From a virus, in the IMG/VR virus record IMGVR_UViG_3300020392_000010, positions 1 to 64,000 of that record: 64,000 nucleotides of DNA. One strand, given 5' to 3'. Positions 38,623-49,585 of this stretch are shown here, in pieces. Both the position numbers and the translations under genes were made by a program. Numbering within the stretch: position 1 is the stretch's first letter; each line of letters opens with the position of its first letter. Below the pieces are notes generated by a model, which was not told the DNA's origin, made no database searches, and saw nothing but the letters and a program-made list of their open reading frames with translations.

Positions 38623-40317
38623 ATGAATTTCCTGAATAAAATAAAGGGTTTTAACTTTTCAAATAAACTTTTAGAGGAAACCAAAGAAACCATAGATAAA
38701 GACATAGAATCTATAGGTAAAAGATTAGAGGACGAAGTAGGAGGAAACGAAGATGAAATTATTATAGATTCTATACTAGACGACATTTCATACGAAATAT
38801 TAAATAGAAAAGATGAAGAAAAAGTAGATGATGTAATTAAAATTTTTTCAGACTCTAAAAAAATAGACTATTTTTCTAAGTATAAAGAAAATAAATCTAA
38901 AAAGATTAATAGTATAAGTAAGTCTTTAAATAAAATATCTAAAAATTTATACAGCGATAAAGATAAAGAGAGGGAAAAATCAAACAGTGAATTTATAACA
39001 GCAGTTACTAATCTAAACCTTGAAATAGATAGGGCTAATAAATTAACTGAAATATACAAAATAAATTCAGATAAAGAATTAGACGAAAATTCAAACGCTG
39101 AAAAAACAAAAAAATTAGCTGAAAAAAATTCTTTCATTGAAAAGGCTATTTCTGCCTATAAAAAATTAGCTAAAAAAGTAATAAGCCATCTTAATAAAAG
39201 AGTAGATAAGAATATTGAGGAAGATAATGAAATGATTATTGATGACATAGAAAACACATTTGATGAAAGTGGAATATCAGTAATTAACATAAATATCAAT
39301 GGAAAAGAATTAAACGTACAAGACGAAATAGAAAAAGTAAAGAAAAAAGAAGAAATTAAAAAACCCCAAGAAACAAGAAGTCAAAGGTCTTTTATAAAAG
39401 AAACTATATCTAAATTAAAAAATTCATATATACCAGAGGAAAGAGATGGTATTATAATTAAACCAGGCGGATTTTTTAGTAATGTTCTTAATATAAAGTC
39501 TTCATATAACGATGTTCTTTTAAATATAATACAGCGCCGAGCCATTGATTTAGGCGAAGACATGTCTTATTTGGAAAAAGAAAGCACCGATGTTAAACAT
39601 CAAATAGCATACTTAGAATCTACTAAATATTTTTTAGATTATATGATAGATACATACATAACAATTAAAAAAGATAAAGACAAATTAAAAAGATTAGTCA
39701 ATACCATATATCTAGATAAAGCTGCCTATATAAGAAATAAAAATTTAGCTAGAAAAATAAATATGTCAGATTTTGCTGGATTAAAAATAAAAAGAGAAGT
39801 AAAAATACCTCTTTATAAAACAGTTAACATTCCTATTTCTAATAAAGATATAGTTGCTAATTCTAAATTTAGCAAATTTAAAGAAGCTATGAAAGGTTTA
39901 TCTGGTATAATGGGATGGCAAAAAAGTTACGTCGATCAAGGTAGGGCAAGCGCAAATAAGCAACAAAATAAAGCTATTCTTCAAGGAATTACTAATATTT
40001 CTAAATCTATAGCAGGGGCATTAGGTGGAGATAAGGCTAAGAATAGAGTAGACCTAGCATCTAGAAGAGTAGGAAATACTCTTAATTTAGAATTGAAAGA
40101 AGATATGATAGCACCTATAGATTCTGGAGGATCTCCAGGTACATCTTTCGATACACCTCAGTCACTCGCAGGTGGAATGGATATGTTTTCTAAACTAGGA
40201 CCGGGTAAGCCTCTAAAAAGAAAGAAAAGAAAAAAGAAGAAGAAAAAGAAATCTAAAAAGACTACAAATGCTATTATATCATTTGACACATTTATAAATA
40301 AAAATAAATCCTTTTAA
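38623..40317 (+). CDS. Helical protein with poly-Lys C-terminus
   Basis: TATAAATA at 38593; KRKKRKKKKKKKSKK followed by AIISFDTFIN. Confidence 0.55.
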   Translation: MNFLNKIKGFNFSNKLLEETKETIDKDIESIGKRLEDEVGGNEDEIIIDSILDDISYEILNRKDEEKVDDVIKIFSDSKKIDYFSKYKENKSKKINSISKSLNKISKNLYSDKDKEREKSNSEFITAVTNLNLEIDRANKLTEIYKINSDKELDENSNAEKTKKLAEKNSFIEKAISAYKKLAKKVISHLNKRVDKNIEEDNEMIIDDIENTFDESGISVINININGKELNVQDEIEKVKKKEEIKKPQETRSQRSFIKETISKLKNSYIPEERDGIIIKPGGFFSNVLNIKSSYNDVLLNIIQRRAIDLGEDMSYLEKESTDVKHQIAYLESTKYFLDYMIDTYITIKKDKDKLKRLVNTIYLDKAAYIRNKNLARKINMSDFAGLKIKREVKIPLYKTVNIPISNKDIVANSKFSKFKEAMKGLSGIMGWQKSYVDQGRASANKQQNKAILQGITNISKSIAGALGGDKAKNRVDLASRRVGNTLNLELKEDMIAPIDSGGSPGTSFDTPQSLAGGMDMFSKLGPGKPLKRKKRKKKKKKKSKKTTNAIISFDTFINKNKSF

Positions 40318-40319
40318 AT

Positions 40320-40571
40320 ATGCAATACGTTAAAGATATTTTTACAGAAGACAAAAATGATGGAAAATATTCATCTAAAAAGACATTAGGTATAATTTCA
40401 GGTGTTTTAGTATGTTTAGCATTTTTAGGAGATGGTTTTCATTGGTTTACAGTAAACGAAGGATTATTTAATTCAATGTTAATATTTTCTGGAACCATGC
40501 TAGGCGTATCTACTGCGACTAAAATATTTAAAAAAAGTGAGCCTGTAAAAAGCGAAGAAAGTAATGGTTAA
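40320..40571 (+). CDS. Two-TM membrane protein (holin candidate)
   Basis: DGKYSSKK followed by two hydrophobic helices; TATAAATA at 40293. Confidence 0.45.
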   Translation: MQYVKDIFTEDKNDGKYSSKKTLGIISGVLVCLAFLGDGFHWFTVNEGLFNSMLIFSGTMLGVSTATKIFKKSEPVKSEESNG

Positions 40572-40989
40572 AAATTACAACAAATATCTAAAAGAAAATT
40601 GCGGCTGTATTGGAAATGAAGCTAGTGTAGAAATAGCTCCTATAGAATTATTTAGTAAAATAGCTAATTCTCTACCAACTAAACAGGATACATGTCCTAG
40701 TTGTTCTAAATTTCCAGAAGATTGCGGCTGTAAAGGAAATTGTGGGAATTGCGGCGATGAAAATGGAAATTGTGATTGTAGTATTAATCAGGACATATCA
40801 ATAGGTGATATGGTTAGAAATGTAAACCAAAGCTGTCCTCAGTTTAAATCAGTAGGTAGAGTTGTAGATATGCCTAATAACAATTCCGTAACATTTACTG
40901 TTGTAAGACCAGGCGGAGATTCTTCAATAGGCCAGTTGTTAAACGCTACTAGGGATCAAATTACAGTAGACGAGAAATATCGTATATAA
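40564..40989 (+). CDS. Cys-rich protein with capsid-targeting-like leader
   Basis: MVKNYNKYLKE; multiple CxC/CxxC motifs. Confidence 0.55.
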   Translation: MVKNYNKYLKENCGCIGNEASVEIAPIELFSKIANSLPTKQDTCPSCSKFPEDCGCKGNCGNCGDENGNCDCSINQDISIGDMVRNVNQSCPQFKSVGRVVDMPNNNSVTFTVVRPGGDSSIGQLLNATRDQITVDEKYRI

Positions 40990-41051
40990 AATTTAAAACT
41001 TCATTTTTATTTTCTTGTTAGATATATAATAAAAAAGATTATTTTCTAAAA

Positions 41052-43091
41052 ATGGGAGAAGGTAGGTTTCCAGGTTTGAACATAGGCAAAGGCAATGGTC
41101 TAGAAAATTTAAATATAAAGAACATTTTAGGGGGAAAAGCAACTGATCCATTTAGAACAGGAGGTAACGGTGCAGCCGGCGATGCTTTACTTGAAATGCA
41201 AGAAGTAGATTTACAAAAAGATGAAACTGCACGTATTCCAAATACACAGGAGGAAACAGTAAAAGCGGCTCCCTCTAGGTTTAACCCATTTAACGTATTT
41301 AGATTTAGAAAATTTGGTTTAGCACAGGGTGCATATGATTTAAAAAAGCATTCAGATACTCACCTTTATGGAGCAAGTGAAGGTTTAACGGCTCCTAAAG
41401 ACCAAAACGTATTTAGTCAAGCTTTTAATTACATTAGTAATGTTCCTATTTCAAAAGAAGATGATCTTAAAGACTTTAATGTTGGAGAATACCAAAAAAC
41501 ACAGAGAAACCCAACCGCTGCTCAAATAATAGAAAATTTTAGAGACGATAGTAATTTTAAAGTATTAGGACCTACTCCATTTGCATACAATGATTTTATA
41601 TTTTGTACACACTATGGTAAAATACCAAATAATAGATTAATTGCGCTTAGAAGATATCCGGGACCGGTTGAAGATAGCCTAAGACAATTCAATGCCGCAG
41701 CTGAAGAGGTTGTTAACGTTCCACTTGCACAGGCCCTTACCTATTATGGAACTGGAACAGGTAACGATATAAATAACGTATTACCAATTAGCTGGGACGT
41801 TCCATGGGAGAAGAAAACCGCAGAGGTTAATGAGATTGACGGAAATGAAATACTTGTAGACGATGTAATAGCAGCAGCAGGTATTGAAAAAGGAGATAAA
41901 CAGGCTTTAATTAGAGCCGCGATAGCTTCTCAAAAGGGGAACCAAGGTGCTCTTGAAGTAGCTGGATATGATAAAGAATTACAAGACTATATTAGAAAAG
42001 CATATGGTCCGGATGGCCCGTACTGGAACAGGGTACTAGGACCTGTGAATGTTGTAAATTCAACTAGAATGAGAAAAAGAGGAATGGGAACAACTATGTT
42101 TGATGCTCCTATTAAGCTTAAATTCAGTTATACTTTAAGATCATTTAATTTTGTTAACCCAAGGGTTGCATTTTTAGATTTAATGACAAATATATTGAGT
42201 CTTACATATAACACTGCTCCTTTTTGGGGAGGAGGATATCGATACTTTAAGAATCCAGGGGTGACTATTTCAAGTGCAGGTAGTGCATTAATAGAACAGG
42301 GTAAAATAGTAGAAGGTGTAATATTAACCCTTAATGAATGGATGAAAAGCGCATCTGGAGCAACTGCTCAATTATTAAATCAAGTATCTGACGCTCTTGA
42401 AAAAACAACTGGTGGAAAGCCACCAACAAGAAAAGAAACCCCATTAAAATATAGAAAAGCAGATGGTAAAACTTTAACTCAAACGGGTATGGATTTAACA
42501 AACGCAGTAATGGCAGGTAGGGCTGAATCTCTTATGCAAGCCCCTCTTTCATATAGGTCTCTGCTAGAAGGCCGGCCTGTTGGAGAATGGCATATGACAG
42601 TAGGTAACCCAATGGACCCAATGGCAGCTATGGGTAACCTAATATGCACAGCCTGTGATATGAAATTTAGTAACGAACTAGGGGCAGATGATTTTCCTAA
42701 ATCAGTTGACTTTACAGTTACCCTTACTCATGGAAGACCTAGAGCCAAGCAAGATATAGAGAGTATATTTAACCTAGGTGGAGGACCTTTATCATTCAGC
42801 AAAGTTGTTGCTCCAAGTTCTACTAAAAATACATTCGGAGGAGAGCCTAGTAATCTAACCAATATGGAAGGAGCAGAGGGTAATGTTAAAGTAGGCGTAA
42901 TTAGGGGAAGCGGAGGCGCTAACACAGGCGTTAGTGAATATAATTTACAAGAAAAAGAAGCAGAGTATAAAGCCGATCCTCTTAAAGGTGATGACAGTAA
43001 CCCATATGCCGGAAGAGTAGGTAATCACTATGGTTCTATTTTTGGAAATTCCTCTCTTTTAAAGGATTACATAAAAATGTCAGCTACATAA
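41052..43091 (+). CDS. Putative baseplate/tail-tube-associated protein
   Basis: First gene of a contiguous module leading to gp5; C-terminal tube-fold-like strands (MKFSNELGADDFPKSVDFTVTL). Confidence 0.45.
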   Translation: MGEGRFPGLNIGKGNGLENLNIKNILGGKATDPFRTGGNGAAGDALLEMQEVDLQKDETARIPNTQEETVKAAPSRFNPFNVFRFRKFGLAQGAYDLKKHSDTHLYGASEGLTAPKDQNVFSQAFNYISNVPISKEDDLKDFNVGEYQKTQRNPTAAQIIENFRDDSNFKVLGPTPFAYNDFIFCTHYGKIPNNRLIALRRYPGPVEDSLRQFNAAAEEVVNVPLAQALTYYGTGTGNDINNVLPISWDVPWEKKTAEVNEIDGNEILVDDVIAAAGIEKGDKQALIRAAIASQKGNQGALEVAGYDKELQDYIRKAYGPDGPYWNRVLGPVNVVNSTRMRKRGMGTTMFDAPIKLKFSYTLRSFNFVNPRVAFLDLMTNILSLTYNTAPFWGGGYRYFKNPGVTISSAGSALIEQGKIVEGVILTLNEWMKSASGATAQLLNQVSDALEKTTGGKPPTRKETPLKYRKADGKTLTQTGMDLTNAVMAGRAESLMQAPLSYRSLLEGRPVGEWHMTVGNPMDPMAAMGNLICTACDMKFSNELGADDFPKSVDFTVTLTHGRPRAKQDIESIFNLGGGPLSFSKVVAPSSTKNTFGGEPSNLTNMEGAEGNVKVGVIRGSGGANTGVSEYNLQEKEAEYKADPLKGDDSNPYAGRVGNHYGSIFGNSSLLKDYIKMSAT

Positions 43092-43690
43092 TGATTACTT
43101 TAAAAACATTATTAAATAAGTACAGTGTTACTAAAGAAAACGGAGATGTTTTACCAGACATAACCAGGGGTTCTATAAACATTGATCGTAAAGATGAATT
43201 AAGATCATCTAGTAGGGTTATAGTCGATGAAGACACTGTTATGAGACCTGATCTTATTGCTGTTGCTCTATACAACGACCAAAGCATGCTAGACTTATTG
43301 TTAAAGTACAATGCAGTTTCAAACCCATTTTCATTATATGTAGGTCAAATTCTATATGCGCCAAATGCAGATGACCTGGCTAAAATAGTAGAAACTCCTT
43401 CGGTAATAAAAGACATAGGGGACGTACAAGTAGACGAAACTGAATCAATATTTGTTGATCCAAAAACAGATAAAGATAAAAATAGACTTGACCTTCTTAA
43501 AAAACAAAATAAAGGAGGCGAAGTGTTACCAAGTAACGTAAATAAAAAAGGAGATAAGAACATTAAAATTAAAAATGGAAAACTTGTATTTGGAGAAGAC
43601 GTTACTTCTGTAAATAGAGAAGACTGTCCAGAACCAATATCTAGAGCCAATCTTAAAAAAGCATTAATAAAAAATAACCTTTTTGGATAA
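43091..43690 (+). CDS. Baseplate wedge gp53-like (LysM-like)
   Basis: MRPDLIAVALY...LLLKYNAVSNPFSL..GQIL. Confidence 0.7.
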   Translation: MITLKTLLNKYSVTKENGDVLPDITRGSINIDRKDELRSSSRVIVDEDTVMRPDLIAVALYNDQSMLDLLLKYNAVSNPFSLYVGQILYAPNADDLAKIVETPSVIKDIGDVQVDETESIFVDPKTDKDKNRLDLLKKQNKGGEVLPSNVNKKGDKNIKIKNGKLVFGEDVTSVNREDCPEPISRANLKKALIKNNLFG

Positions 43691-45132
43691 TGGCGTTTAA
43701 GCATGTATTAAAAGCTTCACTTAGTCCAAATATTCCTCTAAAAGAAATGGCCGTGTGGAACAATACAGGAAAAGGAGGAGGCCCTCAAGAAAAACATTAT
43801 CAAGCGGCTCCTAGTTCTAGTAATAACAAAGAAACCATGGGTAATAATTCCCCAATGATTCAAATAAATGATTTTGATTTTGATATAAAAGACATAGAAA
43901 CAGTTGTAATTGATGAAACTGGCTTTTTACCTAGGATAAAGGTAATATATGAAGATTCAAAAGGGTGGTTTTCACCAGTTCAGTTTCCTAATAAAAATCC
44001 AATATTAAGCCTATATGTTAAATCTACTCATGAAAAGATGAAACCTATTAGAAATGATTACATTATAACTAGCATTAAAGGGGGAACCACTAAAATAATA
44101 ATAGGTGAATTGTTTATACCTGAATTATATACTAACGTATCTAAAAGCTACCCCGGAATGACATCTAAAGATTGCCTTTATAAAGTATGTGAAGAACTTG
44201 GATTAGGATTTCAGGCAAATGAAACAACTCCAAGCGATTCTATGAATTGGATAAATCCAAACTGTAATTCTAAAGACTTTATAAATCATGTTGCTAAATA
44301 CTCTTATCAGAATGACGATAGTTTTTTTCATGTATTTATAGACAAGTATTACCATTTAAATTATGTTGAAACTAATATACAACTTGAACAAGATGGTGAA
44401 TTTGATAATACTATATTTACAGGATCTCAGGATTATAATATATCAAAGGATATACAAGTAGAAGCAACTAAGCAAATGGAAGCTCTTCCACAGGGGTTAA
44501 TAGAAAGCCCTAAGCCATTACAGGGCGCAAACATAATAAAAGAAAAGCACTTAATAACAGAGAATGGAGAGATACTAGTAAATGAAGGATTTAAAAAAAG
44601 AGTATATTATTATGATACATATCTTGAAGAAGAAGACCCTATGGATAAACTGGTTGATTTTTATGTAAAACCTATTAAAACTAAATTAGAATCAAAAAGA
44701 AAAACAGATCTTTCACCAACAAATGAAAGTTTAAAAAACACAGAATCTAGATATTGGGTAAATATACAATATTCAAATGTTCATCAAAATTTCGTAGCGG
44801 CTGAAGCTATTAATTCACATAATCATTCAGAATTAAATAAGATTAAAATGGTGGCTACTACAAAAGGTATTAATTTTAATACAACTAGAGGAATGAGAGT
44901 CCCTGTTGGAATCTATGAAACTGATATTGATAACGCATACTATAAAACATGGGAAGAAAAATCAGATGATAATAAAGAAGATGTAGCATTTCAAGAAAAG
45001 TTTGCATTTAATGAGTTTCTTTCGGGTATATATTATTCTACCGGAAATAAACATATATATGAAAAAGGTGGCGTTTTTAAAACAGAATTACTGCTATCTA
45101 AACGTGATTGGATTAAAAATCCAAAGAAATAA
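43690..45132 (+). CDS. Putative baseplate hub protein
   Basis: Position between the gp53-like gene and gp5; C-terminal LSGIYY...TELLLSKR typical of hubs. Confidence 0.55.
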   Translation: MAFKHVLKASLSPNIPLKEMAVWNNTGKGGGPQEKHYQAAPSSSNNKETMGNNSPMIQINDFDFDIKDIETVVIDETGFLPRIKVIYEDSKGWFSPVQFPNKNPILSLYVKSTHEKMKPIRNDYIITSIKGGTTKIIIGELFIPELYTNVSKSYPGMTSKDCLYKVCEELGLGFQANETTPSDSMNWINPNCNSKDFINHVAKYSYQNDDSFFHVFIDKYYHLNYVETNIQLEQDGEFDNTIFTGSQDYNISKDIQVEATKQMEALPQGLIESPKPLQGANIIKEKHLITENGEILVNEGFKKRVYYYDTYLEEEDPMDKLVDFYVKPIKTKLESKRKTDLSPTNESLKNTESRYWVNIQYSNVHQNFVAAEAINSHNHSELNKIKMVATTKGINFNTTRGMRVPVGIYETDIDNAYYKTWEEKSDDNKEDVAFQEKFAFNEFLSGIYYSTGNKHIYEKGGVFKTELLLSKRDWIKNPKK

Positions 45133-45142
45133 ATATTAATAT

Positions 45143-46267
45143 ATGCCAGTAAATTTTTTAAATACGGAAAGACACTTAAGTAACTTTAGAAAAGGAATAG
45201 TAAGAGATCAATTTGACGAACCTACTTATTTAACTTTCTCTCTAGATTTTACGTTCGATGATATGTATAGGGGTGATGACTTTTTAGCAATAAGCCCTCT
45301 ATTTAATGTCAAAGAAGGTAAAAGTCAAAGTGCTATAAATTATCTTATTCAAAGAGGTCATACCGACAAAGCAAATCAACTATCTGTTTTTAATAAGTTA
45401 CTAAAATATTTAAGAGACGATACCCCTTGGTATTTTCAAAAAGTAAGAGGGTTAGATGCTATTTGGAAAAAAGCAACTAACATGGATGAGCCTATGAAAG
45501 GGGGTGAAATAACAGTAGAAACATTAGAAGCGGTTGATTTAAGAATGGCGGAACTCGCAGACCTTTATAGAAATTCAATATATGATAAACAATACATGAG
45601 AGAACGAGTTCCAGATAATCTAAGATGGTTTTCAATGGACATATATGTTGCGGAATTTAGAAACTTAAGAAATACATTACCTTCTTTAATTAATTTAGGA
45701 ACTGGCATTAACATAGGAGGACCGAATTTAGCAGGACTTGCTGGAGCAGGTAACGCTATAGGAAATGTTTTAGATAATTTTGGATATTTAAAATTTAAAT
45801 GTAGACAGTGTGAATTTGATTTTAGCGATTCATTCCCAGGTAAAGGAACTATGGAAATATCAGGAGGAGATATGGAAACAAGCCAATTTACAATAAAGAT
45901 AGGGTGGATGGAAGAAGAAAATCATTATTCATCAGGTAGCGTAACATATGATGACGCAACCAGTGCCAGAATGAGAGGAAGTAATACATGGGATAGCGCC
46001 AGTCTAGGTAATAATTTAGATTCAGCAACTAGTTTCTTAACAGGGTTACCGATCGTTGGAAATAAAATAAGTACAGTTGGTGCAAAAGCTTCTGAAGGAA
46101 TATCATCTGTTCTAAATACGCCTAATAAATTAATAAATCAAGGGGTTCAAGAATTAACACAGCTTGTTGATCAGGGCAATTTTGGATTAAGCAATAGTGT
46201 TGGTTATGATTATCAAGAAGGAAGAGTAGCGCCTAGAAATACTGCGGTTCCAAAAAAACCTCTTTAA
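45143..46267 (+). CDS. Tail tube-like/tube initiator protein
   Basis: PWYFQKVRGL...ITVETLEAVDLR...PDNLRWFSMDIYV; baseplate context. Confidence 0.45.
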   Translation: MPVNFLNTERHLSNFRKGIVRDQFDEPTYLTFSLDFTFDDMYRGDDFLAISPLFNVKEGKSQSAINYLIQRGHTDKANQLSVFNKLLKYLRDDTPWYFQKVRGLDAIWKKATNMDEPMKGGEITVETLEAVDLRMAELADLYRNSIYDKQYMRERVPDNLRWFSMDIYVAEFRNLRNTLPSLINLGTGINIGGPNLAGLAGAGNAIGNVLDNFGYLKFKCRQCEFDFSDSFPGKGTMEISGGDMETSQFTIKIGWMEEENHYSSGSVTYDDATSARMRGSNTWDSASLGNNLDSATSFLTGLPIVGNKISTVGAKASEGISSVLNTPNKLINQGVQELTQLVDQGNFGLSNSVGYDYQEGRVAPRNTAVPKKPL

Positions 46268-46287
46268 AATAAATTGTAGAATAATAC

Positions 46288-47058
46288 ATGGAGAAAGAAT
46301 TAATTAATAAACAATTCTTAGGAACAGTTGAAGATTCTAGAGACCCTGATTTAGAAGGAAAATGCAAGGTTAGAGTATTTGGTATACATGGAGAAAAAAT
46401 ACCTATAGAAGATTTACCTTGGGCTTATCCAAAACAAAAATCATTATATTTTGGTAAAGATGGAAAAGCAGGCGCCATATCTATACCCAAGGACGGAGCA
46501 GTTGTAGCCGTTAGATTTGATAATGGAAACATATATTCCCCTGAATATTATGCAGTACAGGAATTAGCAGATGACATAAAAGAAGAATTACAAAAAGAAG
46601 GTGAATATCATGGATCTCATTTTTTATTATTTGATGGAGATGAAGAATTAAAAGTATGGTTTACTAAGGAAAAAGGAATAACCATGCAACTAAAAGGATC
46701 TAGAATAAATATAGGTCAGGATAAAAAGATTGAAATAGAGCACGATCAAACACAATCAATTATTACATTAAAAGGATCAGAAATAGAAGTAATAGCAGAT
46801 AGTAAAATAAGCCTATCTTCAAATACTAAGATAGAACTTAACTCAAACGATATACATGTAAATGGAAAAAACGTTGTGTTAGGACCAAATAAATCACTTG
46901 CACAACCTGCAGTTTTAGGTACTTCACTTGTAACTGCTCTTTCTACAATGGCCGCTGTTATAGACACTAAATGGCCTCCAACCCCAGGGGCAACCACTGC
47001 TTCTATAACTCAAATACAACAAACTTTTTTATCTAAAACAACTAAGGTGACTCCTTAA
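46288..47058 (+). CDS. gp5: Baseplate central spike gp5-like (OB fold plus beta repeats)
   Basis: GTVEDSRDPDLEGKCKVRVFGIH...LPWAYP...P..GAVVAVRF. Confidence 0.8.
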   Translation: MEKELINKQFLGTVEDSRDPDLEGKCKVRVFGIHGEKIPIEDLPWAYPKQKSLYFGKDGKAGAISIPKDGAVVAVRFDNGNIYSPEYYAVQELADDIKEELQKEGEYHGSHFLLFDGDEELKVWFTKEKGITMQLKGSRINIGQDKKIEIEHDQTQSIITLKGSEIEVIADSKISLSSNTKIELNSNDIHVNGKNVVLGPNKSLAQPAVLGTSLVTALSTMAAVIDTKWPPTPGATTASITQIQQTFLSKTTKVTP

Positions 47059-47663
47059 CGATAAAGATTACTAATATGTTCATATGGAAAATACTTATTT
47101 ATTCTAGAATTAGGAGTAACAGAGACTACGTTAAATCCTCGCGTCTGTAAAACTCTAAAATTATTTAGTATTCTAGAAAATCTAGAATCGTACCACTTTT
47201 TATCAGCGTCATTACCTATGCCTTCTATCCTATTTTTTTTCCAAAAGTGACTAGGTGTTTTCCACGCTAAACTAACACCTGAAATATAAAAAGTAGTATC
47301 CTTTTTACTAAATGTATTTCTTTCTAAAATATCGATAGCCGTTGTTACGCAATCAGGGAATTTTTTTTTATTTGGTCTAGGGTATAGCTCAATATAGTCA
47401 GGCATAGCTATTCTATTCCTAACACATTGTTTTTCAAGCCAATCGCTTGATACTATTTTAGTGTGTTTTTTAAGTTGCTCTAATTCCCTTGGGCAATTAT
47501 CTAATTCTTGAAATATTTTAGGATCATTAAAAAACAAATAATTAGGTATAAGCTTCATCCAGGCCCTATTGGTTCCTACTGTTATTACATTTTGTGAAAT
47601 TCTGGTAAAGTCTATTCTATCAATAGAAGGACCATTGCCAATAAGTAATACTTTATTTTTCAT
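47055..47663 (-). CDS. Maf/DUF115-like sialyltransferase-fold protein
   Basis: LLIGNGPS, TVGTNR, FFND, YISGVSL. Confidence 0.6.
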   Translation of the reverse strand: MKNKVLLIGNGPSIDRIDFTRISQNVITVGTNRAWMKLIPNYLFFNDPKIFQELDNCPRELEQLKKHTKIVSSDWLEKQCVRNRIAMPDYIELYPRPNKKKFPDCVTTAIDILERNTFSKKDTTFYISGVSLAWKTPSHFWKKNRIEGIGNDADKKWYDSRFSRILNNFRVLQTRGFNVVSVTPNSRINKYFPYEHISNLYR

Positions 47664-47955
47664 TTAACCAGTCGTAAGAATTCATATTTTTATCATCTAT
47701 GAATAGATCATAGGCGGGTTTTCCCATTTTTAATTCATGGAATTTTAAACCCCATTTATTTAATTGATACATGGTAATGTTTCTATGGTCAATACCACTA
47801 ACAGTGCCCCTTGCTGTCCACATTATTATAGTATTGCCCTTATCATATAACGTATTAACTTTATCTATAGCTTCAGGTATAGGGTACGCTGTATCATATC
47901 TCATAGGCTCAGCTAGCCTGCATATAGTATCGTCTATGTCTATGTAAATTACCAT
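47653..47955 (-). CDS. HAD-family phosphatase (capsule-biosynthesis type)
   Basis: DIDDT, WTARG, GKP, FIDDK. Confidence 0.8.
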   Translation of the reverse strand: MVIYIDIDDTICRLAEPMRYDTAYPIPEAIDKVNTLYDKGNTIIMWTARGTVSGIDHRNITMYQLNKWGLKFHELKMGKPAYDLFIDDKNMNSYDWLNEK

Positions 47956-47991
47956 CTTTTTGTTTTATCTATCTTGTATATAAATACTAAA

Positions 47992-48801
47992 TTAAAAATC
48001 ATAATTATTTTTTTCAAAACATTTTACATAAAATGGAAAGCTAATATACATTACATGTTTAATTTCATTTTCAGTAGCTATCCTAGATATGTATTCAAAA
48101 TCTTCAAACTTATTTTGTGAATTAGTATCGCACCATTCCCATTTAGGGTATCCTCTTTTATGTATAATATTTGCGGTTGAAGCAGATACGACATCTTTAC
48201 TTGAACCCTTTATTACGTCTTTTAAAGAAATCCACATATCAGGTAATCCGTTTATTTTAAATGGCTCTCCTCTCTTTTGTTTTATTATTGATCCTTCAGG
48301 TTTTTCTCCGTTAGAAATATTATCATATTTTTTATAATTATATACTAAGCTGTTATTTATAATATAGCGTATATCTAATGAACTTTCTTTTTTAGGAAAA
48401 TCTGATATTTTTTTTATCATATTACATAACTTGAAAATAGAATTTTTTAAAATATAATCATCTGAATCTAGATACATTATCCAATCTCCCTTTGCATTTT
48501 CTACCCCTTTTTGCTTTGGTAATCCTCGTTTATAATTGCCATTTGAATTCATAAGTGTTTCATCAGATTTAGGTATTTTAATTAATCTAATATCTTTGTA
48601 GTGTTTAAAATACGTATTGTATATTTGTTCAGTTATGGTGCATCCATCGGAGACTATTATGAGTTCCCAATTTTCTATGGTTTGCAATATTACAGAGTAC
48701 ACTGCTCTTATGAATTTTGATTTTGGGTTTTTTCTAGATTCAGGGTAATCCCCTAAATAAGATTGCATTATAATACTTACGTTAATTTCATTTTTTATCA
48801 T
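47992..48801 (-). CDS. Glycosyltransferase family 2
   Basis: SVILQT..NWELIIVSDG; YLDSDD (DxD). Confidence 0.85.
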   Translation of the reverse strand: MIKNEINVSIIMQSYLGDYPESRKNPKSKFIRAVYSVILQTIENWELIIVSDGCTITEQIYNTYFKHYKDIRLIKIPKSDETLMNSNGNYKRGLPKQKGVENAKGDWIMYLDSDDYILKNSIFKLCNMIKKISDFPKKESSLDIRYIINNSLVYNYKKYDNISNGEKPEGSIIKQKRGEPFKINGLPDMWISLKDVIKGSSKDVVSASTANIIHKRGYPKWEWCDTNSQNKFEDFEYISRIATENEIKHVMYISFPFYVKCFEKNNYDF

Positions 48802-49492
48802 AAGGGGTATACTTAAAATTTTTGCAAATCATTTCTGATACATGGTCTGTGCTTTTTAAACTAGCGTGTTCTTTTTTTATACTGTTGTTTATAATTACAT
48901 TTAAAGTTTTTCCACGTAAATGAGATACTGTAAAATTATCAGTTATATCTCTTACTAATTTATTATCAAAGTATATTTTAATTTCGTTTTCTTTCCATTC
49001 TAAACTATATTTGTGAAAATCTTTGCTAGGGCATTTCCAACCTAGCCAGTGGTTTTCAGCACCTATACTATAATTATGTGGCTCTTTTCCTAGATGCACA
49101 TTTGTTTGTACTTTAAAAAAATTTCCCCATAATGCGTCTATATTCCAATTAAAATAGCTTGATTTTTTATTTGAATACCCTTCAAATACGTCTATTTCAG
49201 GTGGCCAACTTTCCCATGCCCACATCCAAAAAGCCGGCCATAAATAAGGTCCTTTTGGTAATTTAATATCTATGTCAAATCTACCATATCCAAATTTTTC
49301 AGTACAGTGAATTAGCCCTACCCCATATGGTGAAGTAACACCGTCTATTTCCTTTGGGTTGTAATGAGTTTTTAATATTAGATCCTCTCCTTGTATTTCA
49401 ACAGCCGATTTATCATACCAACATTCTGGTTTTCCAGGGTGCATAAGACCCCATCTCTCTCCAACTTTCCATGTGTATCCTTGCCATTTCAT
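48788..49492 (-). CDS. Glycoside hydrolase family 16
   Basis: WPAFWM...EIDVFE catalytic motif. Confidence 0.85.
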   Translation of the reverse strand: MKWQGYTWKVGERWGLMHPGKPECWYDKSAVEIQGEDLILKTHYNPKEIDGVTSPYGVGLIHCTEKFGYGRFDIDIKLPKGPYLWPAFWMWAWESWPPEIDVFEGYSNKKSSYFNWNIDALWGNFFKVQTNVHLGKEPHNYSIGAENHWLGWKCPSKDFHKYSLEWKENEIKIYFDNKLVRDITDNFTVSHLRGKTLNVIINNSIKKEHASLKSTDHVSEMICKNFKYTPYDKK

Positions 49493-49572
49493 AAAATTAA
49501 TATTTATTATTATATATTAATGCCTATTTTATCAACTGTGTGTTAAATGTAAATATCAACATGCAGCTGCCT

Positions 49573-49580
49573 TATAAATA
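49573..49580 (+). promoter_or_regulatory. Late promoter TATAAATA
   Basis: Exact motif directly upstream of the four-gene + strand operon. Confidence 0.55.
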
Positions 49581-49585
49581 AATAT

